Source of the DNA: Minisyncoccota bacterium | GTDB lineage: Bacteria; Patescibacteriota; Minisyncoccia; Phycocordibacterales; GWA1-40-21 | NCBI GenBank assembly: GCA_041659365.1 | Contig: JBAZYH010000003.1 | Span: 7,678 to 71,677, forward strand | Reading direction: 5' to 3' | DNA length: 64,000 bases | Shown here: positions 1 to 10,107 of the stretch, in pieces | How positions within the stretch are numbered: position 1 is the first letter of the stretch | Layout of the letters: the number at the start of each line of letters is the position of its first letter | The notes under the pieces: generated by a model | Database searches by the model: none | What the model saw: the letters and a program-made list of their open reading frames with translations, nothing else | What the model was told of the DNA's origin: nothing | Translations under genes and position numbers: made by a program

Positions 1-982
1 ATATAAGAATAAAATGTGGAAAAAGAAAGTGAAAACTGTTGCTATCGATGGCAGAGGAACACCAATTTTTAATAGTTTACATGCTGAAGGGGAAGTTAGT
101 ACTCCAAGAATGGGAGGAATCGTTATTTGGGCTTCTGTGTTTATTACAACAATTACTTTCTGGATACTTGGTCATATTTTTTCTGGGGGGATTTTTTCAA
201 AGTTAGACTTTTTAAGTAGAGATCAAACTTGGATTCCTCTTTTTATTTTAATATTTGGTGCAATGGTTGGTTTGGTAGATGATGTGCTTGAGATAAAAGG
301 ACTTGGGGGAAATTATGCTGGTGGACTTTCATTAAAAAAAAGACTTATTCTTGTAGGTTTTATATCTTTTGCAATTTCTCTTTGGTTTTATTTTAAGCTT
401 GACGTTAATACTATAAATATCCCATTCATGGAAGGAATAAATCTTGGATTACTTTTTATTCCTATTTTTATTGGTGTTGTATTGCTTATGTATTCTGGAG
501 GAGTTATTGATGGTATAGATGGTCTTTCTGGTGGTGTCTTTGCTTCTATTTTTACTACGTATGCAGGTATAGCTTTTTTCCAAAATCAAATTAATATTGC
601 TGCTTTTTGTGCAGTGGTGTCTGGTTCCATACTTGCTTTCCTTTGGTTTAATATTCCACCAGCAAGATTTTATATGTCAGAAACAGGGAGTATGGCCCTT
701 ACTATTTGTCTAGCGATTGTTGCTTTTATGACAGATTCAATGGGTGGTGGTAGGGGTATTGCTGTCTTACCAATCATTGCTTTTCCACTTATTATTACAA
801 CGGCGTCTGTTGTCATACAAGTTGTATCAAAGAAATTAAGAAATGGTAAAAAAATATTTTTGGTTGCTCCTATACACCATCATTTTGAGGCAAAGGGTTG
901 GCCTGCTTATAAGGTTACTATGAGATATTGGATTGTAAGTTTGATCTGTGCGATTTTTGGTTTAATTTTAGCTCTTATATAA
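1..982 (+). CDS. mraY: Phospho-N-acetylmuramoyl-pentapeptide transferase MraY, 5'-partial (frame open to window start)
   Basis: C-terminal VAPIHHHFEAKGW motif and multi-TM profile typical of MraY. The PRMGGIVIW block lies only ~30 aa from the ORF start (vs ~65 in E. coli) and the frame has no stop back to base 2, so the gene likely begins upstream of the window. Confidence 0.9.
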   Translation, partial: YKNKMWKKKVKTVAIDGRGTPIFNSLHAEGEVSTPRMGGIVIWASVFITTITFWILGHIFSGGIFSKLDFLSRDQTWIPLFILIFGAMVGLVDDVLEIKGLGGNYAGGLSLKKRLILVGFISFAISLWFYFKLDVNTINIPFMEGINLGLLFIPIFIGVVLLMYSGGVIDGIDGLSGGVFASIFTTYAGIAFFQNQINIAAFCAVVSGSILAFLWFNIPPARFYMSETGSMALTICLAIVAFMTDSMGGGRGIAVLPIIAFPLIITTASVVIQVVSKKLRNGKKIFLVAPIHHHFEAKGWPAYKVTMRYWIVSLICAIFGLILALI

Positions 983-985
983 AAA

Positions 986-2083
986 ATGAATAATATCAGG
1001 GGTGTTGATAAAATTTTTCTTTTTACAATTTTAATACTTCTTGGTATTGGTTTTTCTGTTTTTATTTCTGCTTCTATGGGGATACTTGTTAAAGACAGCG
1101 CACTTTTTAATTCTATAACATTTAAACAAGCTTTTTTTGGAATATTACTCGGATTAATAGCTTGTTTTATTACATCAAAAATAAATTATAAAATTTATAA
1201 AAAATATGCTTTATATTTATTTATAATCTCTCTTGCTTTGATGGTTTTAGTTTTTATACCTGGGATTGGAACAACTTTAAATGGTGCAAAAAGATGGATT
1301 TTTATTATGGGAATATCTTTTCAGCCAGTAGCATTGCTTAATATCGGTTTTATTATTTACTGGGCAGCGTGGCTTTCTTTTATAAAAGAAAAAGTTAAAA
1401 CTATTAAGTATGGGTTTTTACCACTGATTATCCTTTTTAGTATTGTTGGACTATCTTTATTGAGTCAGCCTGATACTGATTCTTTTGTGGTTATCTGTGT
1501 TACTGGGATTATAATGTATATTGTTTCTGGGGGTAAATTTAGATATGTAATGTTACTTGGTGTAATAGGAGCTTTTTGTCTTGCCGGTCTTGCTTTTACT
1601 AGACCCTATATAATGTCAAGAATAATGTCGTTTGCTAATCCTTCAGATTATTCTCTAACTTCTGGATATCAAGCACAACAATCACAAATTGCGGTAGGTT
1701 CTGGACAAATATTCGGTCGTGGTTTTGGACAAAGTATACAAAAATTTAAATTTTTACCAGAATCTATAAGTGATTCGATTTTTGCTGTTTTGGGTGAGGA
1801 GATGGGTTTTATTGGTTGTGTTTTTGTTGTCTGTTTGTTCCTATTTTTTATTTTTAGAGGTTTTAGAATATCGATAAGGTCACCAGATCTTTTTGGTGGA
1901 CTTTTGGTACTAGGAATTGTTATACTTATAGCATCCCAGTCTTTTGTGAATATTGCTTCAGCTCTGGGTATAATACCTATTTCTGGCATTCCACTTGCTT
2001 TTTTTAGCCAAGGTGGAACTTCTATGTTTATGATGCTTGTTCAGCTGGGGATAGTTTTGAATGTTTCTCGGTATGTTAAGTAA
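986..2083 (+). CDS. ftsW: SEDS-family cell division/elongation protein (FtsW/RodA)
   Basis: About 10 TM helices and a C-terminal PISGIPLAFFSQGGTS block characteristic of FtsW/RodA. Sits 4 nt after mraY in a dcw-cluster context. Confidence 0.85.
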   Translation: MNNIRGVDKIFLFTILILLGIGFSVFISASMGILVKDSALFNSITFKQAFFGILLGLIACFITSKINYKIYKKYALYLFIISLALMVLVFIPGIGTTLNGAKRWIFIMGISFQPVALLNIGFIIYWAAWLSFIKEKVKTIKYGFLPLIILFSIVGLSLLSQPDTDSFVVICVTGIIMYIVSGGKFRYVMLLGVIGAFCLAGLAFTRPYIMSRIMSFANPSDYSLTSGYQAQQSQIAVGSGQIFGRGFGQSIQKFKFLPESISDSIFAVLGEEMGFIGCVFVVCLFLFFIFRGFRISIRSPDLFGGLLVLGIVILIASQSFVNIASALGIIPISGIPLAFFSQGGTSMFMMLVQLGIVLNVSRYVK

Positions 2084-2131
2084 TAAGAAATTTTACAATA
2101 AAATTATTAGGATTAATTTAATTTATATAGG

Positions 2132-3265
2132 ATGAAAATACTTTTAACAGGTGGTGGATCGGGTGGACATTTTTATCCACTTATAGCAGTGGCAGAAGAA
2201 ATAAATAAAATAGTAAAAGAAGAAAGATTACTTCCTGTACAACTTTACTATATGTCTGATTCTCCTCATGATTCAAATATGCTTTTGGAAAATAATATTG
2301 AATTTATGAAAATTTCTGCGGGTAAATCAAGAAGGTATTTTTCTATATTGAATGTTTTTGATTTTTTTAAAACAGGTTCTGGAATAATGTCTGCTTTGAT
2401 AAAGGTTTTTCGTTTATATCCAGATGTCATCTTCAGTAAGGGAGCGTACTCAAGTTTCCCTGTTTTAGTTGCGGCAAAACTTTTAAACATTCCTCTTTTT
2501 ATACACGAATCTGATAGTTTTCCAGGTAGAACTAATCTTTGGGCTGGTAAATTTGCAAAAAGAATTGCAGTCTCATATCCAGAGGCGGCAAACTTTTTCG
2601 ATTCATCTAAGGTGGCTTTTACGGGTAATCCAATAAGAAATAATATTGAGCTTCCACAAGTGAAAGGTAATGCTAAACAATTTTTAAATTTAAAAGAAGA
2701 AATACCTGTAATTCTTATTTTGGGTGGTTCTCTTGGTGCCCGTATAATAAATGAACAAATAATAAGTATTCTTCCTCAGTTAGTCGAAAAATATTATATT
2801 ATTCATCAGGTTGGTAAAAATAATATAAAAGAAGTTGTCGGAGTTGCGAATGTTATATTGACTGATAATAAAAATAAAGATAGATACAGACCATATGATT
2901 ATTTGGATAGTTTAAATATGAGTATGGCTTCTGGTGCGGCAGATTTGGTGGTATCAAGAGCTGGTTCAGCTATTTTTGAAATAGCAAACTGGGGAAAACC
3001 TAGTATTATTATACCAATAACAGATTCAAATGGAGATCATCAAAGAAAAAATGCTTATTATTACTCAAGAACTTCCGGTGGTGCTATAGTGATAGAAGAG
3101 TCTAATCTTTCACCAAACATACTATTGAGTGAGATAAATAGACTTTTAGACAATGAGGATTTATTAAAGAAAATGTCTGAAGGGGCAAAAGACTTTGTAA
3201 AAGCAGATGCCGCAAAACTTATAGCGAAAGAAATTCTTAATTTAGGTTTGAAACATGAGAAATAA
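2132..3265 (+). CDS. murG: UDP-GlcNAc:lipid I N-acetylglucosaminyltransferase MurG
   Basis: N-terminal MKILLTGGGSGGHFYPLIAVAEE (G-loop) and glycosyltransferase-28 C-terminal region. dcw-cluster context. Confidence 0.9.
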   Translation: MKILLTGGGSGGHFYPLIAVAEEINKIVKEERLLPVQLYYMSDSPHDSNMLLENNIEFMKISAGKSRRYFSILNVFDFFKTGSGIMSALIKVFRLYPDVIFSKGAYSSFPVLVAAKLLNIPLFIHESDSFPGRTNLWAGKFAKRIAVSYPEAANFFDSSKVAFTGNPIRNNIELPQVKGNAKQFLNLKEEIPVILILGGSLGARIINEQIISILPQLVEKYYIIHQVGKNNIKEVVGVANVILTDNKNKDRYRPYDYLDSLNMSMASGAADLVVSRAGSAIFEIANWGKPSIIIPITDSNGDHQRKNAYYYSRTSGGAIVIEESNLSPNILLSEINRLLDNEDLLKKMSEGAKDFVKADAAKLIAKEILNLGLKHEK

Positions 3266-3351
3266 TTAATACTGAAATAATCCTAAACCAAATATCCCTA
3301 TATAAAATATTAATTTTATCGGGTAAATAATTTGGTCGGACAAGTAAAAAA

Positions 3352-4749
3352 ATGACAACAATTTTAGATGAAAAAGAAAGCCTAAACAGTAAAACTGTTG
3401 GCCAAAGAAAGATAATAGCTAGATTTCCACCAAGCCCAACAGGCTGGTTTCATATTGGTAACGCAAGGACTGCTTTGTTTAATTATTTTTTTGTAAAACA
3501 AAATAATGGTGAACTAAAATTTAGACTTGAGGATACAGATAAGGAAAGATCAAAAGATGAATATAGTCTTGATATTGTAGAAGGTTTAAAATGGCTTGGT
3601 ATTGATATTGATTATAATCATCCTTATAAACAATCCGAACACGGCGAAACATACAGAAAATATATTGAAAAGATGATTGCGGAAGATAAAGCTTATATTT
3701 CAAAAGAAGAAGTTAAAGAAGAAGGACAGAGAGCAGAGGTTATAAGACTTAGAAATCCTGGAAAGAAAATTATTTTTGAAGACATGATAAGAGGAAATAT
3801 TGAAGTCGATACAACAGAACTTGGTGATTTTGTTATTGCAAAAAGTATTAATGAACCAATTTATCATCTTGCTGTTGTTGTAGATGATTTTGAAATGGGT
3901 GTAAATCATGTTATTCGTGGTGAAGATGGTATATATAACACACCGAGACAAATTCTTATTCAGGAAGCAATTGGTGCTACAAGACCTATATATGCCCATA
4001 TGCCTTTTATGTTAAATACCGACAGGTCTAAATTATCTAAAAGACAGCAAGGAGAATTAGTGTCATTGAAATATTATAAAAAAAAAGGTTTTTTGCCAGA
4101 AGCAATGCTAAATTATTTAGCTTTTTGTGGTTGGAATCCTGGAGATGAAACAGAGTTAATGTCTATGGATGAAATTATTAAAAAGTTTGATATTATGAAA
4201 GTTCAAAAAGCTGGAGCTATTTTTAATGTAGAAAAACTCCTCTGGTATAACAAAGAATACCTTAAAAAACTCCCCATAGAAAAAGTTGAAGAAGAAATAA
4301 AAAATAGATTACCAAAATCATCTGAATATGAAAACATCTCTTTAATCAAGAAAATAGCGTCAGTAGTCTTAGAAAGGATAAATGTTTGGTCTGATATAGA
4401 TAAGATGGTTGTTGATGGTGAAATTCAATATTTCTTTACTGAACCAGAAGTTGATATGAATATGGTTATCTGGAAAAAAGGTGGAACCATTGAAGAAGCA
4501 AAAATTAACCTCAATTTGGTTTCTGAAATCTTAAAAGATATAAAAGATGAGGATTTTAATTTGGATATCATAAAAGACAGACTTATGAAGCTTGCTGAAG
4601 AAAAAGGGAAGGGGAATGTGCTTTGGCCACTCAGAGTTTCTCTTTCTGGAAAAGAAAAATCTCCAGATCCATTTACTTTAGTTTTTCTTTTGGGTAGGGA
4701 GGTTTCATTAAGAAGAATAGAATCTATAATATTTAAACTCTCAAAATAA
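3352..4749 (+). CDS. gltX: Glutamyl-tRNA synthetase
   Basis: Class I aaRS with the HIGH-like motif PSPTGWFHIGNARTALFNY and the KMSKS-like motif KLSKRQ. Length 465 aa. Confidence 0.9.
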   Translation: MTTILDEKESLNSKTVGQRKIIARFPPSPTGWFHIGNARTALFNYFFVKQNNGELKFRLEDTDKERSKDEYSLDIVEGLKWLGIDIDYNHPYKQSEHGETYRKYIEKMIAEDKAYISKEEVKEEGQRAEVIRLRNPGKKIIFEDMIRGNIEVDTTELGDFVIAKSINEPIYHLAVVVDDFEMGVNHVIRGEDGIYNTPRQILIQEAIGATRPIYAHMPFMLNTDRSKLSKRQQGELVSLKYYKKKGFLPEAMLNYLAFCGWNPGDETELMSMDEIIKKFDIMKVQKAGAIFNVEKLLWYNKEYLKKLPIEKVEEEIKNRLPKSSEYENISLIKKIASVVLERINVWSDIDKMVVDGEIQYFFTEPEVDMNMVIWKKGGTIEEAKINLNLVSEILKDIKDEDFNLDIIKDRLMKLAEEKGKGNVLWPLRVSLSGKEKSPDPFTLVFLLGREVSLRRIESIIFKLSK

Positions 4750-4752
4750 AAA

Positions 4753-6042
4753 ATGTTAAAGAAGGGGAGTAAAACAAAATATTTTATTGTTGCTACCCTA
4801 TTTTTCTATATTATATTATGTAGTATATCTTTATCTCAGTCAATAGGTGAAATAAAAGACAAAATAGAACAGGCGACAGATAGTCAAAAACAATTAGAAA
4901 AAGAAATAGCTTCTTATGAAGCTCAACTGAAAACTATTAATGGTCAGGCAGATTCACTTGCCAATGCAATAAAAATTCTCGACACTACAATCAAGAAAAA
5001 TTCTACGGACATTAAACTAACCCAGAACAATATTAAAAAGACAGAATTGGAAATAGATAAACTTTCTTTAAATATTGATAGAAGTGTTGATGTTATAGAT
5101 CAAAATAGTAAAGTCATTGCTGAGATGATTAGTCAAACAAATAAAGCTGACACTTCAACTTTCATTGAAAATCTCCTTGTGTATGATGATTTTTCTCAAT
5201 TTTTAAATGAGGTTGAATCGCTTTATAAAATACAAAATAAAATAAGAGAAAAGGTGGATGAAACTAAAGTTGCTAAAAAGGGATTGGAGATAGATAAGGA
5301 CGATGCAATTATCGAAAGGAAAAAACTTTTAAGCTATAAGGCTGAGCTGGAAGATAAGAAAGTCATTTTAGAAATGAATAAGAAAGAAAAGAATCAGCTT
5401 TTGGTAAGCACAAAAAATCAAGAGTCTAATTATAAAAGTATGTTAGCTATTACAAAGGCTAAGCAAGAGGCTTTAGAAAAAGAAATAAGTAATTATGAAT
5501 CACAGTTAAGTTCAATCGTTGATATTAAAAGTTTTCCAAGTCCTAAGAGAGGGATTTTGTCATGGCCTTTGTTTAATGTTTATATAACTCAAAAATTTGG
5601 TTATACTGACTTTTCAAAGACTGCTTATACTGGTGGTCAACATACAGGGGTTGATTTTGGAACCTCTATCGGAACAAATGTGAAGGCATCTCTTGATGGT
5701 ATTGTTGAAGGTACTGGTAATACTGATGTGGCTTGTCCAGGTGCTTCTTTTGGTAATTGGATTCTTATAAAGCATAATAATGGACTTTCAACGCTGTATG
5801 GACACTTATCTTTAATTAAAGTAAAAAAAGGGGATAAAGTATCTACTGGTAGTCTAATAGGATATTCTGGTAATACAGGTTTTTCTACAGGACCACATTT
5901 ACATTTTGGATTATATGCAACAGAAGGTGTATCTGTAGATGTTTATAAATTTAATTCTTGTTATGGAGCGAGTGTTAAGATGCCAGTTTTAACAAAGAAA
6001 GAAAGTCGTCTTGATCCACTTAAATACTTACCAACAATTTAA
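4753..6042 (+). CDS. M23 family metallopeptidase with N-terminal signal/TM and long coiled-coil (EnvC/NlpD-like)
   Basis: Coiled-coil N-terminal half. C-terminal GVDFGTSIGTNVKASLDGIV ... HLHFGLY M23/LytM motifs. Confidence 0.8.
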   Translation: MLKKGSKTKYFIVATLFFYIILCSISLSQSIGEIKDKIEQATDSQKQLEKEIASYEAQLKTINGQADSLANAIKILDTTIKKNSTDIKLTQNNIKKTELEIDKLSLNIDRSVDVIDQNSKVIAEMISQTNKADTSTFIENLLVYDDFSQFLNEVESLYKIQNKIREKVDETKVAKKGLEIDKDDAIIERKKLLSYKAELEDKKVILEMNKKEKNQLLVSTKNQESNYKSMLAITKAKQEALEKEISNYESQLSSIVDIKSFPSPKRGILSWPLFNVYITQKFGYTDFSKTAYTGGQHTGVDFGTSIGTNVKASLDGIVEGTGNTDVACPGASFGNWILIKHNNGLSTLYGHLSLIKVKKGDKVSTGSLIGYSGNTGFSTGPHLHFGLYATEGVSVDVYKFNSCYGASVKMPVLTKKESRLDPLKYLPTI

Positions 6043-6130
6043 TTTTATTTTGTAAGTGATATAATTGATAAAAGAATATTGAATGTGGAATGTAGAATAT
6101 AAATAAATATTTAAATTAATAAGAATTAAA

Positions 6131-6388
6131 ATGAATTATCTTAAAGAAGAAAAAAAAGGTTTTATAAAAACAATAATATTAATAATCGTTGCTCTAATAA
6201 TTTTAGGATATTTTGGTTTCGATGTAGAAAATATAATTAAATCAGAAAGAGTTCAAAAAAATCTTAATTATGTGTGGGACATAGTTTCTAAAGTCTGGAC
6301 ACTTTATTTGGCAGCTCCTGTGATGTTTGTATGGGATAAATTCTTTGTTGGGGTTGTTTGGAAGACAATTGTATCTGTATTAAATTAA
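6131..6388 (+). CDS. Small hypothetical membrane protein (85 aa)
   Basis: Single hydrophobic helix. Followed by an intrinsic terminator at 6461-6484. Confidence 0.4.
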   Translation: MNYLKEEKKGFIKTIILIIVALIILGYFGFDVENIIKSERVQKNLNYVWDIVSKVWTLYLAAPVMFVWDKFFVGVVWKTIVSVLN

Positions 6389-6414
6389 TAAGAGTAATCT
6401 AGGTCATATTGTGT

Positions 6415-6446
6415 CTTTGCGAGTGACAGCGAAGCAATCCAGGTTA
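6415..6446. repeat. Family-C palindromic repeat (TCTTTGCGAG...GCGAAGCAATCCAGGTT)
   Basis: Reverse complement of the AACCTGGATTGCTTCGC...CTCGCAAAGA form seen at 9093-9123. Confidence 0.55.
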
Positions 6447-6460
6447 ATTAAATTTTATAA

Positions 6461-6484
6461 AAACCCCTAAAAAGGGGTTTTTGC
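6461..6484 (+). terminator. Rho-independent terminator
   Basis: CCCCTAAAAAGGGG hairpin followed by TTTTT. Confidence 0.7.
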
Positions 6485-6821
6485 TAAAAATATGAAAAAT
6501 GACATTTTAAGGTTTTTTAAGTAAAATTATTTTCATCTGATGGTGGAACAGTAGGGGAAAATATAATAAGTTTAAAGTTAAAAGTAAAAAGTTCATAAAG
6601 TATTATTTATTTACTTTATGAACTTTATAACTTTCAATTTTTTACTTATTCATGGGGGAAGTGCTTAATAGTTATCATAAGGCTTATTGTCGTATATAAT
6701 GCGGGCAAAGATATATTGTGCGACATATATATAATATTAAAACCTCCTATTCCCTATAGATATAAGGGTAAAATAAAACCACCTGATTTTATTCAGGTAG
6801 TTTTATTTTCTTAGTATTAAT

Positions 6822-7355
6822 TTATTTTGCTAGAGCTACTTGTACAGAATCTGTTATGGATTTCTCCGCTTGATTCCAACATGTAGATGAAGCTTTCCAA
6901 GGCTGCCCTCCCTCACGATTATAAAGGTACTCGGCATAGGCCATGTTACCTTCAAGGGTCTCTAGATCAAGTCCAAGCTTCTTTGCAGTGTCTGCATGAT
7001 AAAATTCATTTATCTGCATTAGACCTACATCGCCCTTATTGACCTTACCTCTTAGGACACTACCATCTTTGGTTAAATGTCTGAAGCTTGATTCACATCT
7101 AGCTATCTCAACAAGTAATGGGTCATTCTTAAAGAATTCTCTTGCTTTAGCTTCTAATTCTTTACTTGTCGGTATATTTGTCGTTGTTGTTTCTTCTATC
7201 CTTACAGAAGCACCAGGAGCTGTTGTAGTAGATATATTATCTATTGCAGGAGCTGTGGGTGAACCATAAATTGATGTAAGAACAAAAACTGACGTTGTTA
7301 TAATTTCAATCATATTAAAACCAGAGATGACTCTGATTCCTATATATACTAGCAT
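6822..7355 (-). CDS. Lytic transglycosylase (SLT-domain) protein, membrane-anchored
   Basis: ARCESSFRH...GLMQINEFY...AYAEYLY matches the SLT family-1 catalytic Glu-Ser / GLMQ / AYN-like motifs. N-terminal TM. Minus-strand terminator at ~6778-6808. Confidence 0.6.
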   Translation of the reverse strand: MLVYIGIRVISGFNMIEIITTSVFVLTSIYGSPTAPAIDNISTTTAPGASVRIEETTTTNIPTSKELEAKAREFFKNDPLLVEIARCESSFRHLTKDGSVLRGKVNKGDVGLMQINEFYHADTAKKLGLDLETLEGNMAYAEYLYNREGGQPWKASSTCWNQAEKSITDSVQVALAK

Positions 7356-7567
7356 ACTTGGTTTTAAAAGTCAATGGTTTGACCACCATTTTAATATGTT
7401 GTCAAATATAAAATATGGCTCTGTAGAGCCATATTTTACTTGATTTTACTAGCATTCTATTGTATAAAAAAGATAGTGTAAAATCAAAAATAAGGGTAGA
7501 ATTATGAAGGATGAGTAAAACCCGAAATTGAGATCTAAACAATCTCAATAAAAAGAGGAGGTAGAAG

Positions 7568-7945
7568 ATGATTAAGGATTTTTGTGGTCTTTGTATTAAG
7601 TATTGGAGTCTTTTTCTTTCAGTGGTCTTTGAAAGGGCTGATGATGAGGATGAAGGAGACCCGATAACCCTTAAAAAGGTATTTGGTTTTTGGACAGTAG
7701 TTCTTTCGTTACTATTGTTGTTTGTGATTTTCTTCTTCGACAGCTTTGAGCATTGGGGGTTTGTTGCAAAACTTTTGAGGCTCATTGTTATTCTGACATT
7801 CGTTTCGCGTGTCATTTTGTTTGCTTTGATTTTCTTGAAAGATAGAAAAGATAAGCAGGATGAAATAAAACATGACGTGGTGGAGGAAATTGTGGTGGAG
7901 AAGAAAGTTGAACGATTAACCTCACTTAAGAAGGTGAAAGGTTGA
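7568..7945 (+). CDS. Hypothetical small membrane protein (125 aa)
   Basis: Strong RBS AAAGAGGAGG 7 nt upstream. Two TM segments. Terminator at 7955-7990. Confidence 0.45.
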   Translation: MIKDFCGLCIKYWSLFLSVVFERADDEDEGDPITLKKVFGFWTVVLSLLLLFVIFFFDSFEHWGFVAKLLRLIVILTFVSRVILFALIFLKDRKDKQDEIKHDVVEEIVVEKKVERLTSLKKVKG

Positions 7946-7954
7946 ATGATTGAA

Positions 7955-7990
7955 ACCCGAGTGCCACTAGTGGCTCGGGTTTTGTTTTTG
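7955..7990 (+). terminator. Rho-independent terminator
   Basis: AAACCCGAGTGCCACTAGTGGCTCGGGTTT hairpin followed by TGTTTTTG. Confidence 0.75.
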
Positions 7991-8069
7991 TAAAAATATC
8001 AAACTTAAAAAGATGGATCCCCCTCCTAAGGCGGGCAGGCTGTTTCTCAACAGGATGACACAGACAGCT

Positions 8070-8501
8070 TTATTTAAGTCCTATACACCCAGAAGCCGGG
8101 GTCAGTCCCCTAGCTTTTGCTTCCTCTATGGAGTTGAACCAAACTTTATTTTCTTCTTTAATTCTCACTACACCTGAGCACCAAGGGTAATAATATTTTG
8201 TACCCGATTTTGAGGCAACTACTGTTCCATTTTCTGAAGTACTTTCTTTACTTATTTTTGTACTTTCTAATACAGAAGCATACATTGATTCTTGGCTATT
8301 TAAAATAGAAATAGGAACCTTTTTCTTCTCAAAAGAAGAGAGTTTTCCTAAGCCAAAGGATGCAATACCAACCAAAAAGATCATTATAATAATAAAAAGG
8401 TCATCTTTGATTTTTAGACCTCTTTCTTCGCTATATATTTTATCCTTATTATTAACTAAAAAAGACTTGATTTTTTCTGTAAAATCTTTTATACTCATCA
8501 T
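8070..8501 (-). CDS. Hypothetical membrane-anchored protein with C-terminal Cys-motif domain (YYxPxC...EEAxAxGxxPxxxC)
   Basis: N-terminal TM. C-terminal YYYPWCSG...FNSIEEAKARGLTPASGC resembles a small metal-binding ribbon found in secreted bacterial proteins. The family cannot be named from sequence alone. Confidence 0.45.
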   Translation of the reverse strand: MMSIKDFTEKIKSFLVNNKDKIYSEERGLKIKDDLFIIIMIFLVGIASFGLGKLSSFEKKKVPISILNSQESMYASVLESTKISKESTSENGTVVASKSGTKYYYPWCSGVVRIKEENKVWFNSIEEAKARGLTPASGCIGLK

Positions 8502-8555
8502 TACAAGTTAATTGTAACAAATCCCTGTTAAAAAGGATAATTTAAACATAATAAT

Positions 8556-8831
8556 ATGGCACACAAAAAAGCAGCTGGAGCATCAAAAAACGGTAGAGAT
8601 TCGAATCCAAGATACCTTGGGGTTAAAATCAATGATGGTAAAGCAATCAAAATTGGTCAAATAATTCTAAGACAAAAAGGAAGAAATACTCTTGCTGGTA
8701 AGAATGTTGGAGTAGGAAAAGATCATACACTTTTTGCACTTAAGGATGGTAAGGTAAACTTTGCTACAAAAAGAAAGAATAATTTTGATTCAACAGTTAC
8801 AAGAAGAAATATAGTAAGTATCGCTGAATAA
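8556..8831 (+). CDS. rpmA: 50S ribosomal protein L27
   Basis: [24 protein letters not shown]...[28 protein letters not shown] is a near-canonical L27 sequence. Confidence 0.95.
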   Translation: MAHKKAAGASKNGRDSNPRYLGVKINDGKAIKIGQIILRQKGRNTLAGKNVGVGKDHTLFALKDGKVNFATKRKNNFDSTVTRRNIVSIAE

Positions 8832-8839
8832 ATAACAAA

Positions 8840-8866
8840 AAAACTACCTTCTAGGTGGTTTTTTTG
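8840..8866 (+). terminator. Rho-independent terminator after rpmA
   Basis: CTACCTTCTAGGTGG hairpin followed by TTTTTTT. Confidence 0.65.
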
Positions 8867-8868
8867 TT

Positions 8869-9123
8869 GTGTCATTGCGAGGTGAGTGTTGGGATGGGGC
8901 CCAACACGCAAGACTCATTGAGAGCTTTTGTAATCAAAAGATCCAATGAGTGGACAGTCTCTGTAAGAGAGTAATCTGACGCTGTGCCACGTGAATGTAA
9001 TCATTTTTACGTGATCGCAATCCAGGTTAATTTGTTTTAATTTAATACAAACCTGGATTCCTGCCTACGCAGGAATGACAATACAAAAAACAAACCTGGA
9101 TTGCTTCGCCCTGCTCGCAAAGA
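8869..9123. repeat. Cluster of family-C elements (composite GTCATTGCGAG...CGCAATCCAGGTT with internal GTGTTGGGATGGGGCCCAACAC hairpin, followed by two short copies)
   Basis: 8869-9028 composite, 9050-9081 (AACCTGGATTCCTGCCTACGCAGGAATGACAA), and 9093-9123. Confidence 0.55.
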
Positions 9124-9269
9124 TACTTAACAAAAGGGTTTTCGCTTTGCGAAAACCCTTTTGTGTTTATTATATTCAATATTCTACATTCTATATTCTC
9201 AAAAAAAATACCAAGGTCTCTCCTTTCCCCGATGATTACATCTCCTTAAGGAAAGACCTTGGTATTTTT

Positions 9270-9716
9270 TTATTTCTCCCCTATTATGTTTACTATAAGA
9301 TTAAAAGTATTTCCACCAAAAGTTAATTCTACTTTATGTTCACCAATTTCTTTTATAGGTTTTTCTAGATTAAAAATATCTTCATCTAGTTTAAGTCCTG
9401 TCTGTTTTTTGAATTCTTCTATTATTTGATTTATATGAACCCCAGCAAAAAGGTGTCCTTTTTCATTTACTTTTCCTTTTATATTTAATCTTTTATCCTG
9501 TAACTTAGCTATTGCATCCTCAAGTGTCTTCTTGAAATTATCTTTTACTAGGCCAGACTGTTTTTTCTTTTCTTCAATCATCTTCATATAGTTACCAGTA
9601 GCAGGTACTGCTGATCCTGATGGAATAAGAGAATTTAATGCGAACCCATCCGCAACGTCTTTAACGTCATATTTTCTTCCTATTTTTTTAACATCTTTTA
9701 TAAGTATTATTTTCAT
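9270..9716 (-). CDS. rplI: 50S ribosomal protein L9
   Basis: MKIILIKDVKKIGRKYDVKDVADGFALNSLIP N-domain is typical of L9. Length 148 aa. Confidence 0.9.
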   Translation of the reverse strand: MKIILIKDVKKIGRKYDVKDVADGFALNSLIPSGSAVPATGNYMKMIEEKKKQSGLVKDNFKKTLEDAIAKLQDKRLNIKGKVNEKGHLFAGVHINQIIEEFKKQTGLKLDEDIFNLEKPIKEIGEHKVELTFGGNTFNLIVNIIGEK

Positions 9717-9792
9717 ATTTTTTGTAATTTTAATTATTTGAAATTAATAATAATCTTTTAAATTCTAGCTTTAAATAAGATTAAAATATAGC

Positions 9793-9821
9793 TTGACAAA
9801 ATCATAATAGCTTGATATTAT
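9793..9821 (+). promoter_or_regulatory. Sigma70-like promoter (TTGACA-17-TATTAT)
   Basis: TTGACA at 9793-9798 and TATTAT at 9816-9821 with a 17-nt spacer. Drives the two small ORFs below. Confidence 0.45.
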
Positions 9822-9896
9822 TATATATAGAAAAACAGATGTTTGAGGTTTTGATAATCTCGTCTGTTTTGAAAACGTCTTATTAAGAGGTTTGTT

Positions 9897-10076
9897 ATGG
9901 GAAAGAAAATGGTAGTGATTGGTGTCGTGTTTGTGGTCGGGAGTATTCTTTTGGCCGGACTCGATTCGTTATTGGGGATGAGCTACTCGTCTTTTTTTGT
10001 AGCTATCACTCATAAGCTTGCATATATGATTTGGGGAGTATCTCTTTTTATGTCGTGCAAGTATCTTAGTTCGTAA
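9897..10076 (+). CDS. Small hydrophobic membrane peptide (59 aa)
   Basis: ATG with AAGAGG RBS. Two hydrophobic helices. Below the 60-aa ORF-track cutoff. Confidence 0.3.
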   Translation: MGKKMVVIGVVFVVGSILLAGLDSLLGMSYSSFFVAITHKLAYMIWGVSLFMSCKYLSS

Positions 10077-10107
10077 GTTTGGGTAGGTGTTTTTGGAAAG
10101 GAGAAAA

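Noticed and set aside
1669-1989. 106-aa minus-strand ORF inside ftsW
   Set aside because: Fully antisense to a well-supported SEDS gene, Pro/Lys-rich low complexity, no RBS.
7402-7815. 137-aa minus-strand ORF antisense to CDS 7568-7945
   Set aside because: It overlaps a plus-strand ORF that has a strong RBS and its own terminator. The minus ORF has no RBS and low-complexity composition. Likely spurious.
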